NCBI GenBank assembly: GCA_963819655.1
Contig: CAWFXA010000002.1
Coordinates: 1,056,001-1,120,000, forward strand
Origin: an uncultured Chloroflexia bacterium
Lineage (GTDB): Bacteria > Chloroflexota > Limnocylindria > Limnocylindrales > CSP1-4
Direction of reading: 5' to 3'
Length of the DNA: 64,000 bases
Shown: piece by piece, positions 29,322 through 39,844 of the stretch
Layout of the letters: every line of letters starts with the position of its first letter
Position numbering within the stretch: the first letter of the stretch is position 1
Notes under the pieces: generated by a model
The model's database searches: none
Told to the model about the DNA's origin: nothing
The model's input: the letters and a program-made list of their open reading frames with translations, nothing else
Position numbers and translations under genes: made by a program

Positions 29322-30074
29322 TCACGTCTCGACGGCGCGTGTCGCGTCGAGGTCGGGTCCCTCCACGTCGAATTGCACGTCGAGCCCGTACCGGTCGGCG
29401 ACGTAGCGCGACTCGGTCGCCTCGACCCGCCGCCCGTGCGTGTCGACGATCACCCGCCGTTCGACGAGCAGGGGATCGCCGGTGCGCACAGCGAGCAGGC
29501 GCGCGTCCTCGGCGGTCGCCGCCGCGGCGGAGATCGTGCCGGTCCCGCGGTGGAGCACGATCCCCGCGCGGCCGAGCGTCTCGTGCAACGAGCCCGCCTC
29601 GAGGTCGGCGCTCATCACCGCATCGGCGCAGGAGGCGATCAGGACAGTCGATTCGAGGGCGATCGGCTCGCCGTCTGCCTGTCGCAATCGATGCAGGTGG
29701 ACGACCGGCTGGTGCGCCAGGATCCCGAGATTGACGGCCTCGCTGGTGGTGGATGGCCGGATCACCCTCGTCAACAGCCGCGAACTCGGGACCCGTCCGG
29801 TCCTGCGCATCTCCTGGGAGAACGTCATGAGCCGATTCGTCCGCCGGTGGACGGGCGGTGTCGTGACGAAGCTCCCGCGACCCGGCTCTCGCCGGATCAG
29901 TCCGTCGGCCGCCAGCCGCTCCATGGCGTTCCGGGCGGTCATGCGGCTGACCCCGAACTCCGCGCACAGGTCGGTGTCCGATGGCAGTCGCGCGCCGGGC
30001 GCAAGAGTCGCGATCCGCTCGCGCAGGGCCTGCTCGATCTGGCGGTAGTGCGGCCGGTAGCCGGGCTCGGTCAC
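29322..30074 (-). CDS. GntR/HutC-family regulator with UTRA domain (DasR/NagR-like)
   Basis: LPSDTDLCAEFGVSRMTARNA, GRGSFV, UTRA-type C-terminus. Confidence 0.9.
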   Translation of the reverse strand: MTEPGYRPHYRQIEQALRERIATLAPGARLPSDTDLCAEFGVSRMTARNAMERLAADGLIRREPGRGSFVTTPPVHRRTNRLMTFSQEMRRTGRVPSSRLLTRVIRPSTTSEAVNLGILAHQPVVHLHRLRQADGEPIALESTVLIASCADAVMSADLEAGSLHETLGRAGIVLHRGTGTISAAAATAEDARLLAVRTGDPLLVERRVIVDTHGRRVEATESRYVADRYGLDVQFDVEGPDLDATRAVET

Positions 30075-31039
30075 TGCGTGCGCACCTGTTCGGGCGCGGG
30101 GTCCCGGTCCGCCGCAGCGGCTTGTTCCGCGCCGTGGATCGCCGCGCCGATCCCACCAGCCCAGGTGCCCAGCTCCGCGGTGACGACGGTGACCGCATCG
30201 AGCGATGTCGTGTGAACGCGCCGGCGCAGCTCCTCGTGGATGGGAGCCATCAGCAGGTCGGCGGCGGCGGCCACACCGCCCCCGAGGACGACCCGGTCCG
30301 GCGTCATGACCACGATCATGCTGGCGATGCCGATTCCGAGGTAGCGCCCGATCTGGGCGATGCCCTCGGCGGCCCGGGCGTCGCCGGCGCGCGCCCTCTC
30401 GAATGCCTCCTCCGCCGTGGCGGTCCCGCACATCGCCGCGATCTGGTCGGCCCGCGTGAAGGCCTCGAGGCAACCGCGGTTGCCGCAGCCGCACCACGGC
30501 CCGTCGGGATCGATCGTCTGGTGGCCGAGCTCGCCGCCCGTGCCGTCGTGACCCTGGTACACGCGGCCGTCGATGGCGATGACGCCGCCGACCCCGGTGC
30601 CGAGCGTGAAACCGATCATCGAGGACGCGTTCCGAGCGGCACCCAGGCGGAGCTCCGCAAGGCCGAACGCGCGGGCGTCGTTGATGAGCGCCGCCGGTAA
30701 CCCAAGCGCCTCGCTGACGGGCCCGGCCACGGGCTTTCCGGCCCAGGCGCCCCGGATGTTGACGAGGAACCGGGTGGTTCCAGCGGCCGGGTCGTACAGC
30801 CCCGGGATCCCGATCCCTACCGTGGAGACGCCCGGGGAGCGGCCGATGGCTTCGGCGCCGACCTCCGCAAGGCGTGCGACGACCCGGTCGGGTCCGTCGG
30901 CGACGGGTGTCGGGACCTGGTCGCGGTCGAGGACACGCCACTCGTCGATGTCGCGCTCGACGACGACCGCCTTGATGTTGGTGCCCCCGAGGTCGAGACC
31001 GAGGTGGCGGGTGGGAGATGGGCGGTCGGTCCGCTCCAT
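30071..31039 (-). CDS. ROK-family sugar kinase
   Basis: GLDLGGT, NDA, GTGVGG, GELGH...CGCGNRGCLE; no HTH. Confidence 0.9.
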   Translation of the reverse strand: MERTDRPSPTRHLGLDLGGTNIKAVVVERDIDEWRVLDRDQVPTPVADGPDRVVARLAEVGAEAIGRSPGVSTVGIGIPGLYDPAAGTTRFLVNIRGAWAGKPVAGPVSEALGLPAALINDARAFGLAELRLGAARNASSMIGFTLGTGVGGVIAIDGRVYQGHDGTGGELGHQTIDPDGPWCGCGNRGCLEAFTRADQIAAMCGTATAEEAFERARAGDARAAEGIAQIGRYLGIGIASMIVVMTPDRVVLGGGVAAAADLLMAPIHEELRRRVHTTSLDAVTVVTAELGTWAGGIGAAIHGAEQAAAADRDPAPEQVRTQ

Positions 31040-32026
31040 CAGGTCTCGCCGGTCACCCGAGCGTACAGGGCGGCGACCGCCACGATGATCGAGCCGAACA
31101 GCACCTGGCGCACCGCCTCCGGTTGGCCGAGCGCGGTCAGCAGGGCGCTGATGATCGTCAGGATCAGCGCGCCGACGATCGTCCCGCCGAGGCCGCCACG
31201 TCCACCGAAGATCGAGGTCCCGCCGATGACCGCCGCTGCGACCGACGGCAGGACCAGCGAATTTGCGAGCGTGACGCTCGCGACGTTCGTGAGGCCCGAC
31301 AGAAGGAAGCCGGCGATGGCCGCCATCAACGCCGACACGACGTACAGGACGACAAGGACCTGCCAGCTGCGGGCGCCCGACAGGCGCGCCGCGACCGGGT
31401 TGTCACCGATCGCGTAGAGCATCCGGCCGTACCCGGTGCGACGCAGGGCGAGGAGGATCAGCCCGGCGAGTGGCAGGAACACGATGAAGCTGTACGGGAG
31501 CAGCTGGCCGAGTCGCTCGGACCCGAGCGTGCGCAGCTCCGGCGGGACACCCGTCGAACTCTGGACCATCATGATCTGCCAGGCGTTGGCCAACCCGAGC
31601 ACGACGAAGCTCACACCCAGCGACATGATCAACGGATGGACACGGAAGATGCCGACGCCGATCCCGGTCAGGAGGCCGGCCAGCGTGGCCGCGCCAAGAG
31701 CCACGAGCAGTCCGACTTCGGTACCCGGGCCCGCTCCCCAGCGAGGCCACCACGAAGCCGGCCATCGAGGCGACCGCTCCGACCGAGAGATCGATCCCGC
31801 CCGTCAGCATCGTCAGCGTCTGGCAGCCAGCCAGGATCGCGAGGGGGACCGCCGCCCGGAGCATGACGCCCGCCCAGTCGGCGTTGACGACACCCGGTCG
31901 AACGACCGCATAGGTGACGACCAGGAGCAGGAGCAGGATCGACAGCGGGATGATCGGCCGCTCTCGAAGGAGGGCGCGCAAGGTCGTGCCGCCCTGACGC
32001 GCGACGGTGCCACTCACCGAGGTCAT
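31039..32026 (-). CDS. Monosaccharide ABC transporter permease (indel near 31735)
   Basis: TGGIDLSVG, YAIGDNPVAARLSG, AAAVIGGTS. Confidence 0.88.
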
Positions 32027-33027
32027 CGTCGACTCCTGCGCCACTGGAGGAGACTGCCGAACATCACCACGCCGATCAGGATCACGCCCTGGCTCACGAG
32101 GGAGAGATTCGGGTCGAGGCTCATGAACGCCATGTCGATCTGCACGAGCTGGAGAAGGACGACGCCGATGATCGGACCGAAGACGCCGCCTCGGCCACCG
32201 GCAAGGCTGACGCCGCCGAGGACCACGGCCGCGACGCTCATCAGGGTGTACGGGCCTGGGACCGGGTTCCCGATCCCCGTGCTCGCGGTAAGGGCGAGAC
32301 CTGCGAATGCCGAGAACAAGCCCGTGAACGCGTAGGCGACGACCTTCGTCCGGCCCACAGGGACGCCGCTCCGGAAGGCTGCCAGCTGATTGCTCCCGAT
32401 GGCGTAGATCGACAGTCCGAGCCGCGACCGTCGCAGGGGTATCCAGATGACGGCCACGATGACCAGGATGACGACGGCGGCTTTGGGGATGAACGGCACG
32501 CCGACCGATCCGAGGACCAGGTCTTTGAGCCATTGAGCGGAGCCGCCCGCCGGGGTCTTGAGGACCAGGAGCGCGCTCCCACCCCAGACGAATGCCATCG
32601 CCAGCGTGACCACGATGTCGGGGACGCGGGTCGCCACGATCAGCGCGCCGTTGATGGCCCCGAGAACAAGCCCGAAGACCAGCGTGGCAAGCACGATGGC
32701 GACCGCGAACTCCTCGCTCTGGCCCTTCATGTTCGCGGCAGCGAAGACGCTGGTCAGGGCCATCATCGAGCCGATCGATAGATCGATGCCGCCCGAGATG
32801 ACGCAGATCGCCTGCGCGACCGCTGCCAGGGCGAGCGGAACCACCGAGATGGCGAGGGCCTGGATCCCGGTGACGCCGTAGTTCGAGTTGATCATCCGGG
32901 TGTAGACGAGCAGGACAGCGAGGAGAGCCAGGAGTCCCAGGCTCCAGCTGTTTCGCCTGAACCAGGCGGCGACGGCGTCCACAGGTCGGCTCGGGGTATC
33001 GTCGAATGCGGGAGCCATCGCGCTCAT
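32023..33027 (-). CDS. Monosaccharide ABC transporter permease
   Basis: SGGIDLSIG, YAIGSNQLAAFRSG, AAVVLGG. Confidence 0.92.
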   Translation of the reverse strand: MSAMAPAFDDTPSRPVDAVAAWFRRNSWSLGLLALLAVLLVYTRMINSNYGVTGIQALAISVVPLALAAVAQAICVISGGIDLSIGSMMALTSVFAAANMKGQSEEFAVAIVLATLVFGLVLGAINGALIVATRVPDIVVTLAMAFVWGGSALLVLKTPAGGSAQWLKDLVLGSVGVPFIPKAAVVILVIVAVIWIPLRRSRLGLSIYAIGSNQLAAFRSGVPVGRTKVVAYAFTGLFSAFAGLALTASTGIGNPVPGPYTLMSVAAVVLGGVSLAGGRGGVFGPIIGVVLLQLVQIDMAFMSLDPNLSLVSQGVILIGVVMFGSLLQWRRSRR

Positions 33028-34625
33028 CGGTCGTCCGCCGGCGGGCCGGGCTGCTGAGGAGGGTCACGCGGTGCCTCGGCGTGCTCGCTGGCAACCTCCG
33101 TGGCGACGAGTTCCGCCGCGACCTCCTCGGGCATCGCCGCGTCGGAACGGAGGTTGTACGCCGCCCGGAGGAGCGTCGACTCGTCCGCGTCGGCTGCATC
33201 GACCTCGGCGACCAGGCGACCGCCGAAGATCACGATCGCGCGGTCGCACACCAGCTGCACCTCCTTGAGCTCCGAGGTGTACAGGAGGACCGCGGCCCCG
33301 GCGGCGGCCAGGTCGCGGAGCAGGACGTAGATCTGTTGCTTCGTCCCGATGTCGATGCCGCGCGTCGGGTCAAAACACAGCATCGTCTGGACACCGCCGG
33401 CGACCCAGCGCGCGATGGTCACCTTCTGCTGGTTGCCGCCCGACAGCCGCCGGACCTCGCTCCCGGCGCGGGCGTCGATCTGCAATGTCTCGACGGCGCC
33501 CTTCACTCGCTTTCGCTCCGCACCAAGGTCGATCAGGCCCCAGTGCCGGATCCGGGCCGTGATGGGCAGCGTGATGTTCTCGGACACGGAGCGCTGTGGG
33601 AGCAGCGCCTCCGCCCGATCGGCGGCGACGTAGACGACGCCGGCACGGATGGCGTCCGCGGGATGGCGGAACGAGACCGGAGCGCCGTCAACGAGGATGT
33701 CGCCGACGGACGGTCTCTCGGAACCCGCCAGGATGTCGAACAGTTCGTCCTGGCCCTGGCCCTCGAGCGCGACGACGCCAAGGACCTCGCCCGGGAACAG
33801 ATCGAACGAGACGTCCTGTAGCTTCGTCTCGAAGCTCAGCCCGCGAGCCGTGACGCGCGGGACGACGTCGGCACGTCGCGCTGCTGGCCCGGCGCCGCCG
33901 GCGCGATCCGGCATGTCCCCGACGATCTGGCCGAGCATGAGCTCGACGATGCGCTCCTCGGAGCCCGGCGCGACGTCGACGACGCCGACCGTGGCACCCT
34001 CCCTGAGCACGGTCGCTCGATCGCAGACAGCTGCGATCTCGATCATCCGGTGGGAGATGAAGATCACGGAGCGATCGCCACCGCGCTGTCGGCCGACCAC
34101 TTCGAGGACCCGCTCGGTGAGGTTCGCCGGAAGGGCGGCAGTCATCTCGTCGAGCATCAGGACGTCGGGCTCGATGGCGAGTGCGCGGGCGAGGTCGATG
34201 ATCCGGAGGGACGCGAGCGGCATCTGCCTCGCGATGACCGACAGGTCGAGTCTGCCGAGGCCGAGTTCACCGACCCAGTGTCGAAAGGCCTCGATCGGTG
34301 TATCGGTGAGCTGGAGGTTCGAGCGGATGTCGAGGTCCGGGACAAGCGCTGGCTCCTGGTAGACCGACACCAGACCGCCCCGCCTTGCGTCGGCTGGGGA
34401 GTGGACCGTGCGCTCCCGACCACGAATGAGGATGCGGCCGCCGTCCGGCCTGACGTTCCCTGTGAGGATCTTGACCAGGGTGCTCTTGCCCGCGCCGTTG
34501 GCGCCCATGAGCGCATGGACCTCGCCCGGTCGGACCGCGAGGGAGGCGGCGCGCAGTGCGACGACTGCGCCGTAGGTCTTGGCAATGTCTGTCGCTTCGA
34601 GCAAGAGGTCGGTCGCGACGGTCAT
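33024..34625 (-). CDS. Sugar ABC transporter ATPase (two NBDs, RbsA-like)
   Basis: GANGAGKST, LSGGNQQK, DPTRGID. Confidence 0.93.
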   Translation of the reverse strand: MTVATDLLLEATDIAKTYGAVVALRAASLAVRPGEVHALMGANGAGKSTLVKILTGNVRPDGGRILIRGRERTVHSPADARRGGLVSVYQEPALVPDLDIRSNLQLTDTPIEAFRHWVGELGLGRLDLSVIARQMPLASLRIIDLARALAIEPDVLMLDEMTAALPANLTERVLEVVGRQRGGDRSVIFISHRMIEIAAVCDRATVLREGATVGVVDVAPGSEERIVELMLGQIVGDMPDRAGGAGPAARRADVVPRVTARGLSFETKLQDVSFDLFPGEVLGVVALEGQGQDELFDILAGSERPSVGDILVDGAPVSFRHPADAIRAGVVYVAADRAEALLPQRSVSENITLPITARIRHWGLIDLGAERKRVKGAVETLQIDARAGSEVRRLSGGNQQKVTIARWVAGGVQTMLCFDPTRGIDIGTKQQIYVLLRDLAAAGAAVLLYTSELKEVQLVCDRAIVIFGGRLVAEVDAADADESTLLRAAYNLRSDAAMPEEVAAELVATEVASEHAEAPRDPPQQPGPPADDR

Positions 34626-34643
34626 CGATCCTCAGGTCGTGGT

Positions 34644-34674
34644 GAGGGGACGCCGGCGGCGCCGGCATCCCCTC
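34644..34674 (-). other. Strong hairpin after the SBP gene (mRNA stabiliser or attenuator)
   Basis: Minus strand GAGGGGATGCCGGC-GCC-GCCGGCGTCCCCTC. Confidence 0.6.
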
Positions 34675-34706
34675 GTGAATCCCGCTTGGTGAGCTCGCTC
34701 GGACGG

Positions 34707-35876
34707 TTACTCCCCTGGGCCCTTGCAGGCGATGGCCTGCTCCGGCGTGTAGGTCGTCCATCCGTCGATCGTCACGCTCAGAGGCCACAGGGGGTTGAGC
34801 CCCTCGACCTGCTGCCATGACTCCAACAGCGCCTTGCCCTCGTCGGTCACGTTGTCGGCGAGGACGGGCTTCAGCAGAACGGTATTGGGGAAGGGAGCGG
34901 TGGCATCGGCCTCGATGGTCTCGCCGTTGAGGACCTTGAGCGCGAGGTTGACGCCGGCGCCGCCGACGGCAGCTGTGTTCGTCACGGCTGCGCCCTGGAG
35001 GCCCGCATAGTTGGTGGCGTCACCCAGATAGTTGGCGAACGCACCGAGGTCGGCACCCACGATCGGCTTGTACTCCTTGCCGGCCGCCTTGACAGCGTCG
35101 ACGACCTGGGAGTCCATGCCGGACGTCCAGATGCCGTCGACCGTGTCGTACTGGCCGCTCGAGATGAACTCATTGGCCAGGTTCGTGGCGGTCGTCGGGT
35201 TCCAATCCGTGTGGACGCCTTCCTTGCTCGGGACGACTTCGATGCCCGGCGTCTCGCTGAGCGCCTTCTGGAATCCGGTATCGCGATCGGTGTCGGCCGG
35301 ATGGCCGGCGATGCCGCGCGTGTACCAGACCTTGCCGGTGCCACCGATCTGGTCGAACAGCCACTTGGCGCCAAGGTACGCGTAGTCGACCTGATTGTTG
35401 TAGAACTTCCAGGTCTCCGGGTCCTCGACATACGCGTCGACGGCCACCATCAGGATGCCAGCCGCCTGCGCCTCATCGATCGCCGCTTGCAGCGCCGTCG
35501 CGTGGCTCGGGTTGAAGACGATCGCGTCCGGGCTGTTCGCGATCAGGGTCCGCAGGTCCGCGAGCTGCTGATTCGTATCCGCATCGCGCGCGATCATGTC
35601 GACCTTCGTCACCTGACCGGACGCAAGCGCCTCGGCCTTGGCGGTGCAGTTCTGCTCCTCGCGGAACCCGTTGCCGGTGCCGCCGGTGTTCGAGAACCCG
35701 ATCGTGTACTGGGCGGCGGCCGAGGCCGACGCCGACTCGGACGCGGCCGGCTCGGACGCCGCCGGCGCCGATGCGCTCGGTGCCGTCGTCGCCGCGCCCG
35801 GGCTCGAGCACGCGACCGCGAGGACCGCGATCGCTGCCAGGCCGAGCAGCCGCTTGTGCGTGGATCCGTTGATCAT
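34707..35876 (-). CDS. Sugar ABC substrate-binding lipoprotein
   Basis: Lipobox LAVAC, Ala/Ser/Pro linker, periplasmic binding protein type I pattern. Confidence 0.9.
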   Translation of the reverse strand: MINGSTHKRLLGLAAIAVLAVACSSPGAATTAPSASAPAASEPAASESASASAAAQYTIGFSNTGGTGNGFREEQNCTAKAEALASGQVTKVDMIARDADTNQQLADLRTLIANSPDAIVFNPSHATALQAAIDEAQAAGILMVAVDAYVEDPETWKFYNNQVDYAYLGAKWLFDQIGGTGKVWYTRGIAGHPADTDRDTGFQKALSETPGIEVVPSKEGVHTDWNPTTATNLANEFISSGQYDTVDGIWTSGMDSQVVDAVKAAGKEYKPIVGADLGAFANYLGDATNYAGLQGAAVTNTAAVGGAGVNLALKVLNGETIEADATAPFPNTVLLKPVLADNVTDEGKALLESWQQVEGLNPLWPLSVTIDGWTTYTPEQAIACKGPGE

Positions 35877-36006
35877 CCGTTCTCCTCCTCTACGACCGAC
35901 GCGCCGATCTGGTCGCGTCGTCGAAATGGCTGACTGACTGTCCTTGGGTGGAAGTCGGTCGATGCGATCTATCGGCGCCACCTCCTCCGCGTGGTACCCG
36001 TGGCCA

Positions 36007-36804
36007 TCACCCCTCCCCGGTGAGGGCTCGAGCGATCCGTCGCGCGTGCTCCTGGTATGCGGCATCGAACAATGCCCGCGAGCGCTCGGTGCCGACGACC
36101 GAGGCCCGGGTGATGGTCGGCGGTAAAGCACCCTGCTCCGCGAGGAGCTGGGCGGTCCGCACCTTGATGCTATTGGCGACGGCGACCGCCGCGAGCGTCG
36201 AACCCGGGCCGACCGGGGTGTCGACGCCGTCGATGGCGATGAGCGCGTCGGCGTGTGGCGTACACAAGTCGATGACGAGGTCGGCTTCGTCGGCCAGGCG
36301 CCGCCCGGATACGACATCCGGGTCCTCCACCATCGCTTGCGCGAGCGAGGTTACAGCGACGACGCGCAGTCCGCGAGTTCGTGCACCGCGCGCCATCTCG
36401 ACGGGGACCGCGGTCGACCCGCCCGCCGAGAAGACGATCATCACGTCGCGCGGGCCGAAATGGAAGTTCGAGAGGATCACCTCGGCCAGTCCGGGCATCC
36501 GCTCGATGGCCATCGCCTGGCGCTGACCGTTCGCACCGACCACCTGGGTATGGAACGTCATCGACAGCTCGACGATGGGGTTGAACCCCGGATACGACCC
36601 GTAGCGGGGGAACATCTCTTCCACGGGGATCCGCGAGTGGCCCGTGCCGAAGAGGTGGACGAGCCCGTCCGACGCGATGGCGTCGGCACACCACTGGCTC
36701 GCCTGTTCCATCGCGCCAGCCTGGGTCGTCGCCAGTCGGTCGAGCACGGCGCGCGCCTCGTCCATCCAGGCGAGGACCGGCACGGACGTCGCGGCGCTCA
36801 TCAA
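36007..36804 (-). CDS. SIS-domain sugar isomerase
   Basis: FGTGHSRIPVEEMFPRYG, FSAGG, GPGST. Confidence 0.85.
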   Translation of the reverse strand: MMSAATSVPVLAWMDEARAVLDRLATTQAGAMEQASQWCADAIASDGLVHLFGTGHSRIPVEEMFPRYGSYPGFNPIVELSMTFHTQVVGANGQRQAMAIERMPGLAEVILSNFHFGPRDVMIVFSAGGSTAVPVEMARGARTRGLRVVAVTSLAQAMVEDPDVVSGRRLADEADLVIDLCTPHADALIAIDGVDTPVGPGSTLAAVAVANSIKVRTAQLLAEQGALPPTITRASVVGTERSRALFDAAYQEHARRIARALTGEG

Positions 36805-37555
36805 TACGAGCCGCCGCCGTCGGCGCGACCGGCGACCGTCGCCGGAGCGCGGCCGGCCTTGCGGCGCGGAAGTCGTCGATGATCGTCTTCGTCGCGGTCG
36901 CGCCGATGCGGGTCACGCCGAGGGCCATGACCTCGAGCAGCGCGTCCAGCGTGCGGACGCCACCGGCCGCCTTGACCTGGACATGCGCTGAGGTGTTGGC
37001 CCGCATCAGCCGCAGATCGTCGTGCGTCGCCCCGCCCGGGGCGAAACCTGTCGACGTCTTGACGAAGTCGGCGCCGGCCGCCTCGGACAGATGGCATGCG
37101 CGGATCTTCTCGTCGTCGGTCAGATACGCATTCTCGAAGATCACCTTGACGACGGCGCCGCCGGCGTGGGCCACATGGACGACTGCCGCGATGTCGGCCT
37201 GGACATCGGCGTCGCGACCCGACTTGAGCGCCCCGATCTGGATGACCATATCGAGCTCGATCGCTCCGTCCTCGAGCGCCTGGCGCGCCTCGAACACCTT
37301 CGTCGCCGTCGGCTGACCACCGTGGGGGAAACCGATGACCGTGCCGACGGCGACGTCGGTGTCGTGAAGAAGCGCAGATGCCCGGATCACGTCGACGGGG
37401 CGCACGCAGACCGAGGCCACGTCGTACTCGGCAGCCAGCCGGCAGCCGTCCTCGACGAACGCGTCGTCGAGTTCGGGGCGCAGCAGCGAGTGGTCGATCG
37501 CCTTCGCGATGTCGCGCTCGGTCAGGGCGTCGAACGGCACCACGGTCGTCGTCAC
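36801..37555 (-). CDS. deoC: Deoxyribose-phosphate aldolase family (indel near 36865)
   Basis: IDHSLLRP, VIGFPHG, KVIFE, FVKTSTGF, VKAAGGVR. Confidence 0.88.
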
Positions 37556-38467
37556 TTGATGTAGGGCCTGAGCACGTCGCGGGCGATGAGGAAGCCGCGC
37601 TTGATCCGGTCGTCAGTATTCTCGAAGTCGCGGTCCTCGTGCTCGATGATCACATCGCCGTCGTAGCCGGCCCGCCACAGCGCCGCGAACAGCGGAGCCC
37701 ATTCGACGTCGCCGAGACCCGGCAGGCGCGGGATCTGCCAGCCCATCCCCATCGAGAACACGCCCCGCTCGTAGAGACCTTCGCGATCGATGAGCAGGTC
37801 CTTGGCCTGGACGTGGAGGATGTGCGGCCCGAACTCCCCGATGAACCGCGGGATGTCGATCATCTGGAGGATCAGGTGCGACGGGTCGAAGTTCAGCCCG
37901 ATCGTCCCGCCCCAGTGCTCGAGGATCCGCCGCCAGATGCGCGGCGTCGTCGCGAGGTTGTGCCCGCCCGGCCACTCGTCGTAGCTGAACAGCATCGGGC
38001 AGTTCTCGATCGTGATCCTCCGCCCGTGGTCCTGGGCGAACGCGACGATGTCTGGCCAGACCCCGAGCGCCTCATCCCAGTTGTCGTCCTGGTTCTTCGC
38101 CGCGTCGGCGCCCATGAACGTGTTGACGAACGGGACGTCCATCTTCTCCGCGGCCGTGATGACGTTCTTGAGGTGGCCGATCACGCGCTCGCGATGCTCG
38201 GGGTCCGGGTGGAGCGGATTCGGGTAGTAGCCCAACCCGGAGATCGTCAGGCCCTTTGACGAGATCTCCTCGGCAAGCTCCGTCGCCTGCGACGGACGAG
38301 AGGTTCGCGACGTCGATGTGCGACGTGCCGGCGTAGCGGCGGACCGCCCCGTCGGCGCGCGGCCAGCATGCGATCTCGATGCTCTCGAAGCCGTTGGCCG
38401 CGGTCCAGTCGACCACGTCCATCAGCGGGGTCTCGGGGAAGGGCGCGGTCAGCAGGCCGAGCCTCAT
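37552..38467 (-). CDS. Sugar phosphate isomerase/epimerase (xylose isomerase-like TIM barrel); indels at about 38260-38300
   Basis: MRLGLLTAPF, IENCPM, NFDPSH, HVQAKD, RLPGLG, IEHED. Confidence 0.85.
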
Positions 38468-39669
38468 CGGGCGATCCCCGTGGGCACCGGCCGGGTGGCC
38501 GATCCACCGGCGTCGGGTCGTTCCACGTCGACCCAGCGGCCCTCGCGGGCGCTGCGTGCGATCGCCTCGCCGACGAGCATCTCGTCGTGGCCGTCGGCGA
38601 AGGTCGGGTAGCCGGGCGGGGAGGAGGGCCGCCCGGCTACCACGTCGGCGTACACCGCCCGGAAATGGGCACAGAACGTGTCGAAGAAGCCTTCGACATG
38701 GCCGCCCGGCAGGGCCGACGCAGCCTGCCCCGCGGCACCCATCAGGGCGGGATTGCGGATGAGGATCTCGTTGGGACGCTCGCGATGGCCGATCCACGCC
38801 TGGTCCGGCTGCTCGCTGTCCCACGACCACGCTGCGTCGGACCCGTCGATCTCGTAGACGAGCGAGTTCTTCCGGCCAGGGCTGATCTGGGAGATGCTCA
38901 CGGCGCCCCGCGCGCCGCCGTCGAAGCGCAGCAGGATGGTGGCCGTGTCCTCGGTCCCGATGGGTCGTTCGACAGTTTCGGTGGAGCGGTCCGTCGAGAA
39001 CGTCTCCACGGGTCCGGTCGGTTCACGGCGCGTGCCGATGAACGTGGTCAGCTCGGCCATCACCGACGCCACGTGCTGGCCGGTCACGAAGGTCATCAGG
39101 TCGAGCCAGTGCGAACCGATGTCCCCGACCGCCCGCAGCGCCCCGCCCCGATCCGGCTGCAGTCGCCAGTTCCAGTCGCTGTCGAGCAGCAGCCAGTCCT
39201 GGAAGTAGCGGCCCGTCACGAGCCGCACCTGGCCGAGTCCGCCGTCCGCGACGAGCTCGTGCACGTGCTGGTTGAGCGGGTAGTAGCGGATATTGAAATT
39301 CGTGGCGTTGACGAGCCCGGTCTCAGCCGCGTGCGCGACGAGCTCGGCAGACTCGTCGGCCGACATGGCGAGCGGCTTCTCGCACACCACGTGCTTGCCG
39401 GCCTTCAGGGCGGCCTCGGCCTGGGAGACGTGCAGGTCGTTCGGGGAGGTCACATGCACGACCTGCACGCGATCGTCGGCGAGGAGGTCGTCGAGCGACG
39501 CGTAGGCCTTCGGGACGCCCAGCGCATCGGCCCGCGCGGCGCCACGTTCCGGGGTGCTGCCGAGCACGCCGTGCACGTTCACGCCGATCCGGCGCAGGGC
39601 CTCCACGTGGACCGTGCCGATGAAGCCCGTGCCGATGACGGCGGCGCCGATCGATGCGAGGTTGGCCAT
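38464..39669 (-). CDS. Gfo/Idh/MocA oxidoreductase
   Basis: GTGFIG, CEKPL, GDIGSHWLD. Confidence 0.92.
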   Translation of the reverse strand: MANLASIGAAVIGTGFIGTVHVEALRRIGVNVHGVLGSTPERGAARADALGVPKAYASLDDLLADDRVQVVHVTSPNDLHVSQAEAALKAGKHVVCEKPLAMSADESAELVAHAAETGLVNATNFNIRYYPLNQHVHELVADGGLGQVRLVTGRYFQDWLLLDSDWNWRLQPDRGGALRAVGDIGSHWLDLMTFVTGQHVASVMAELTTFIGTRREPTGPVETFSTDRSTETVERPIGTEDTATILLRFDGGARGAVSISQISPGRKNSLVYEIDGSDAAWSWDSEQPDQAWIGHRERPNEILIRNPALMGAAGQAASALPGGHVEGFFDTFCAHFRAVYADVVAGRPSSPPGYPTFADGHDEMLVGEAIARSAREGRWVDVERPDAGGSATRPVPTGIAR

Positions 39670-39698
39670 GGGCGTCGGGCTCCTCCTGCCTGGCGCAT

Positions 39699-39716
39699 CG
39701 GTCTAGACCGTCTAGA
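39699..39716. promoter_or_regulatory. dre-like (DasR/NagR-type) operator upstream of the leftward sugar operon
   Basis: Perfect palindrome CGGTCTAGACCG, overlapped by TCTAGAC-C-GTCTAGA, 30 nt before the start codon. Confidence 0.6.
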
Positions 39717-39782
39717 TGGCTCGCGCTGATGCTAGCGCTCCGGTCGCAGCCGGGTCAATGCTCTTGGCTCGCGAACGATCGT

Positions 39783-39807
39783 ACTTTGACGTGTCAAGTG
39801 CAAAAGT
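39783..39807. promoter_or_regulatory. Putative ROK-repressor operator
   Basis: 25-bp ACTTT-N15-AAAGT, AT-rich in a 70% GC background, just upstream of the ROK regulator. Confidence 0.5.
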
Positions 39808-39844
39808 GGTCGCGGGCCCCCAAGGCACGCGTATCATCCGCGGC

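Noticed and set aside
35720-35800. Short GC-rich repeats
   Set aside because: They encode the Ala/Ser/Pro linker of the lipoprotein; not a CRISPR array or DNA repeat
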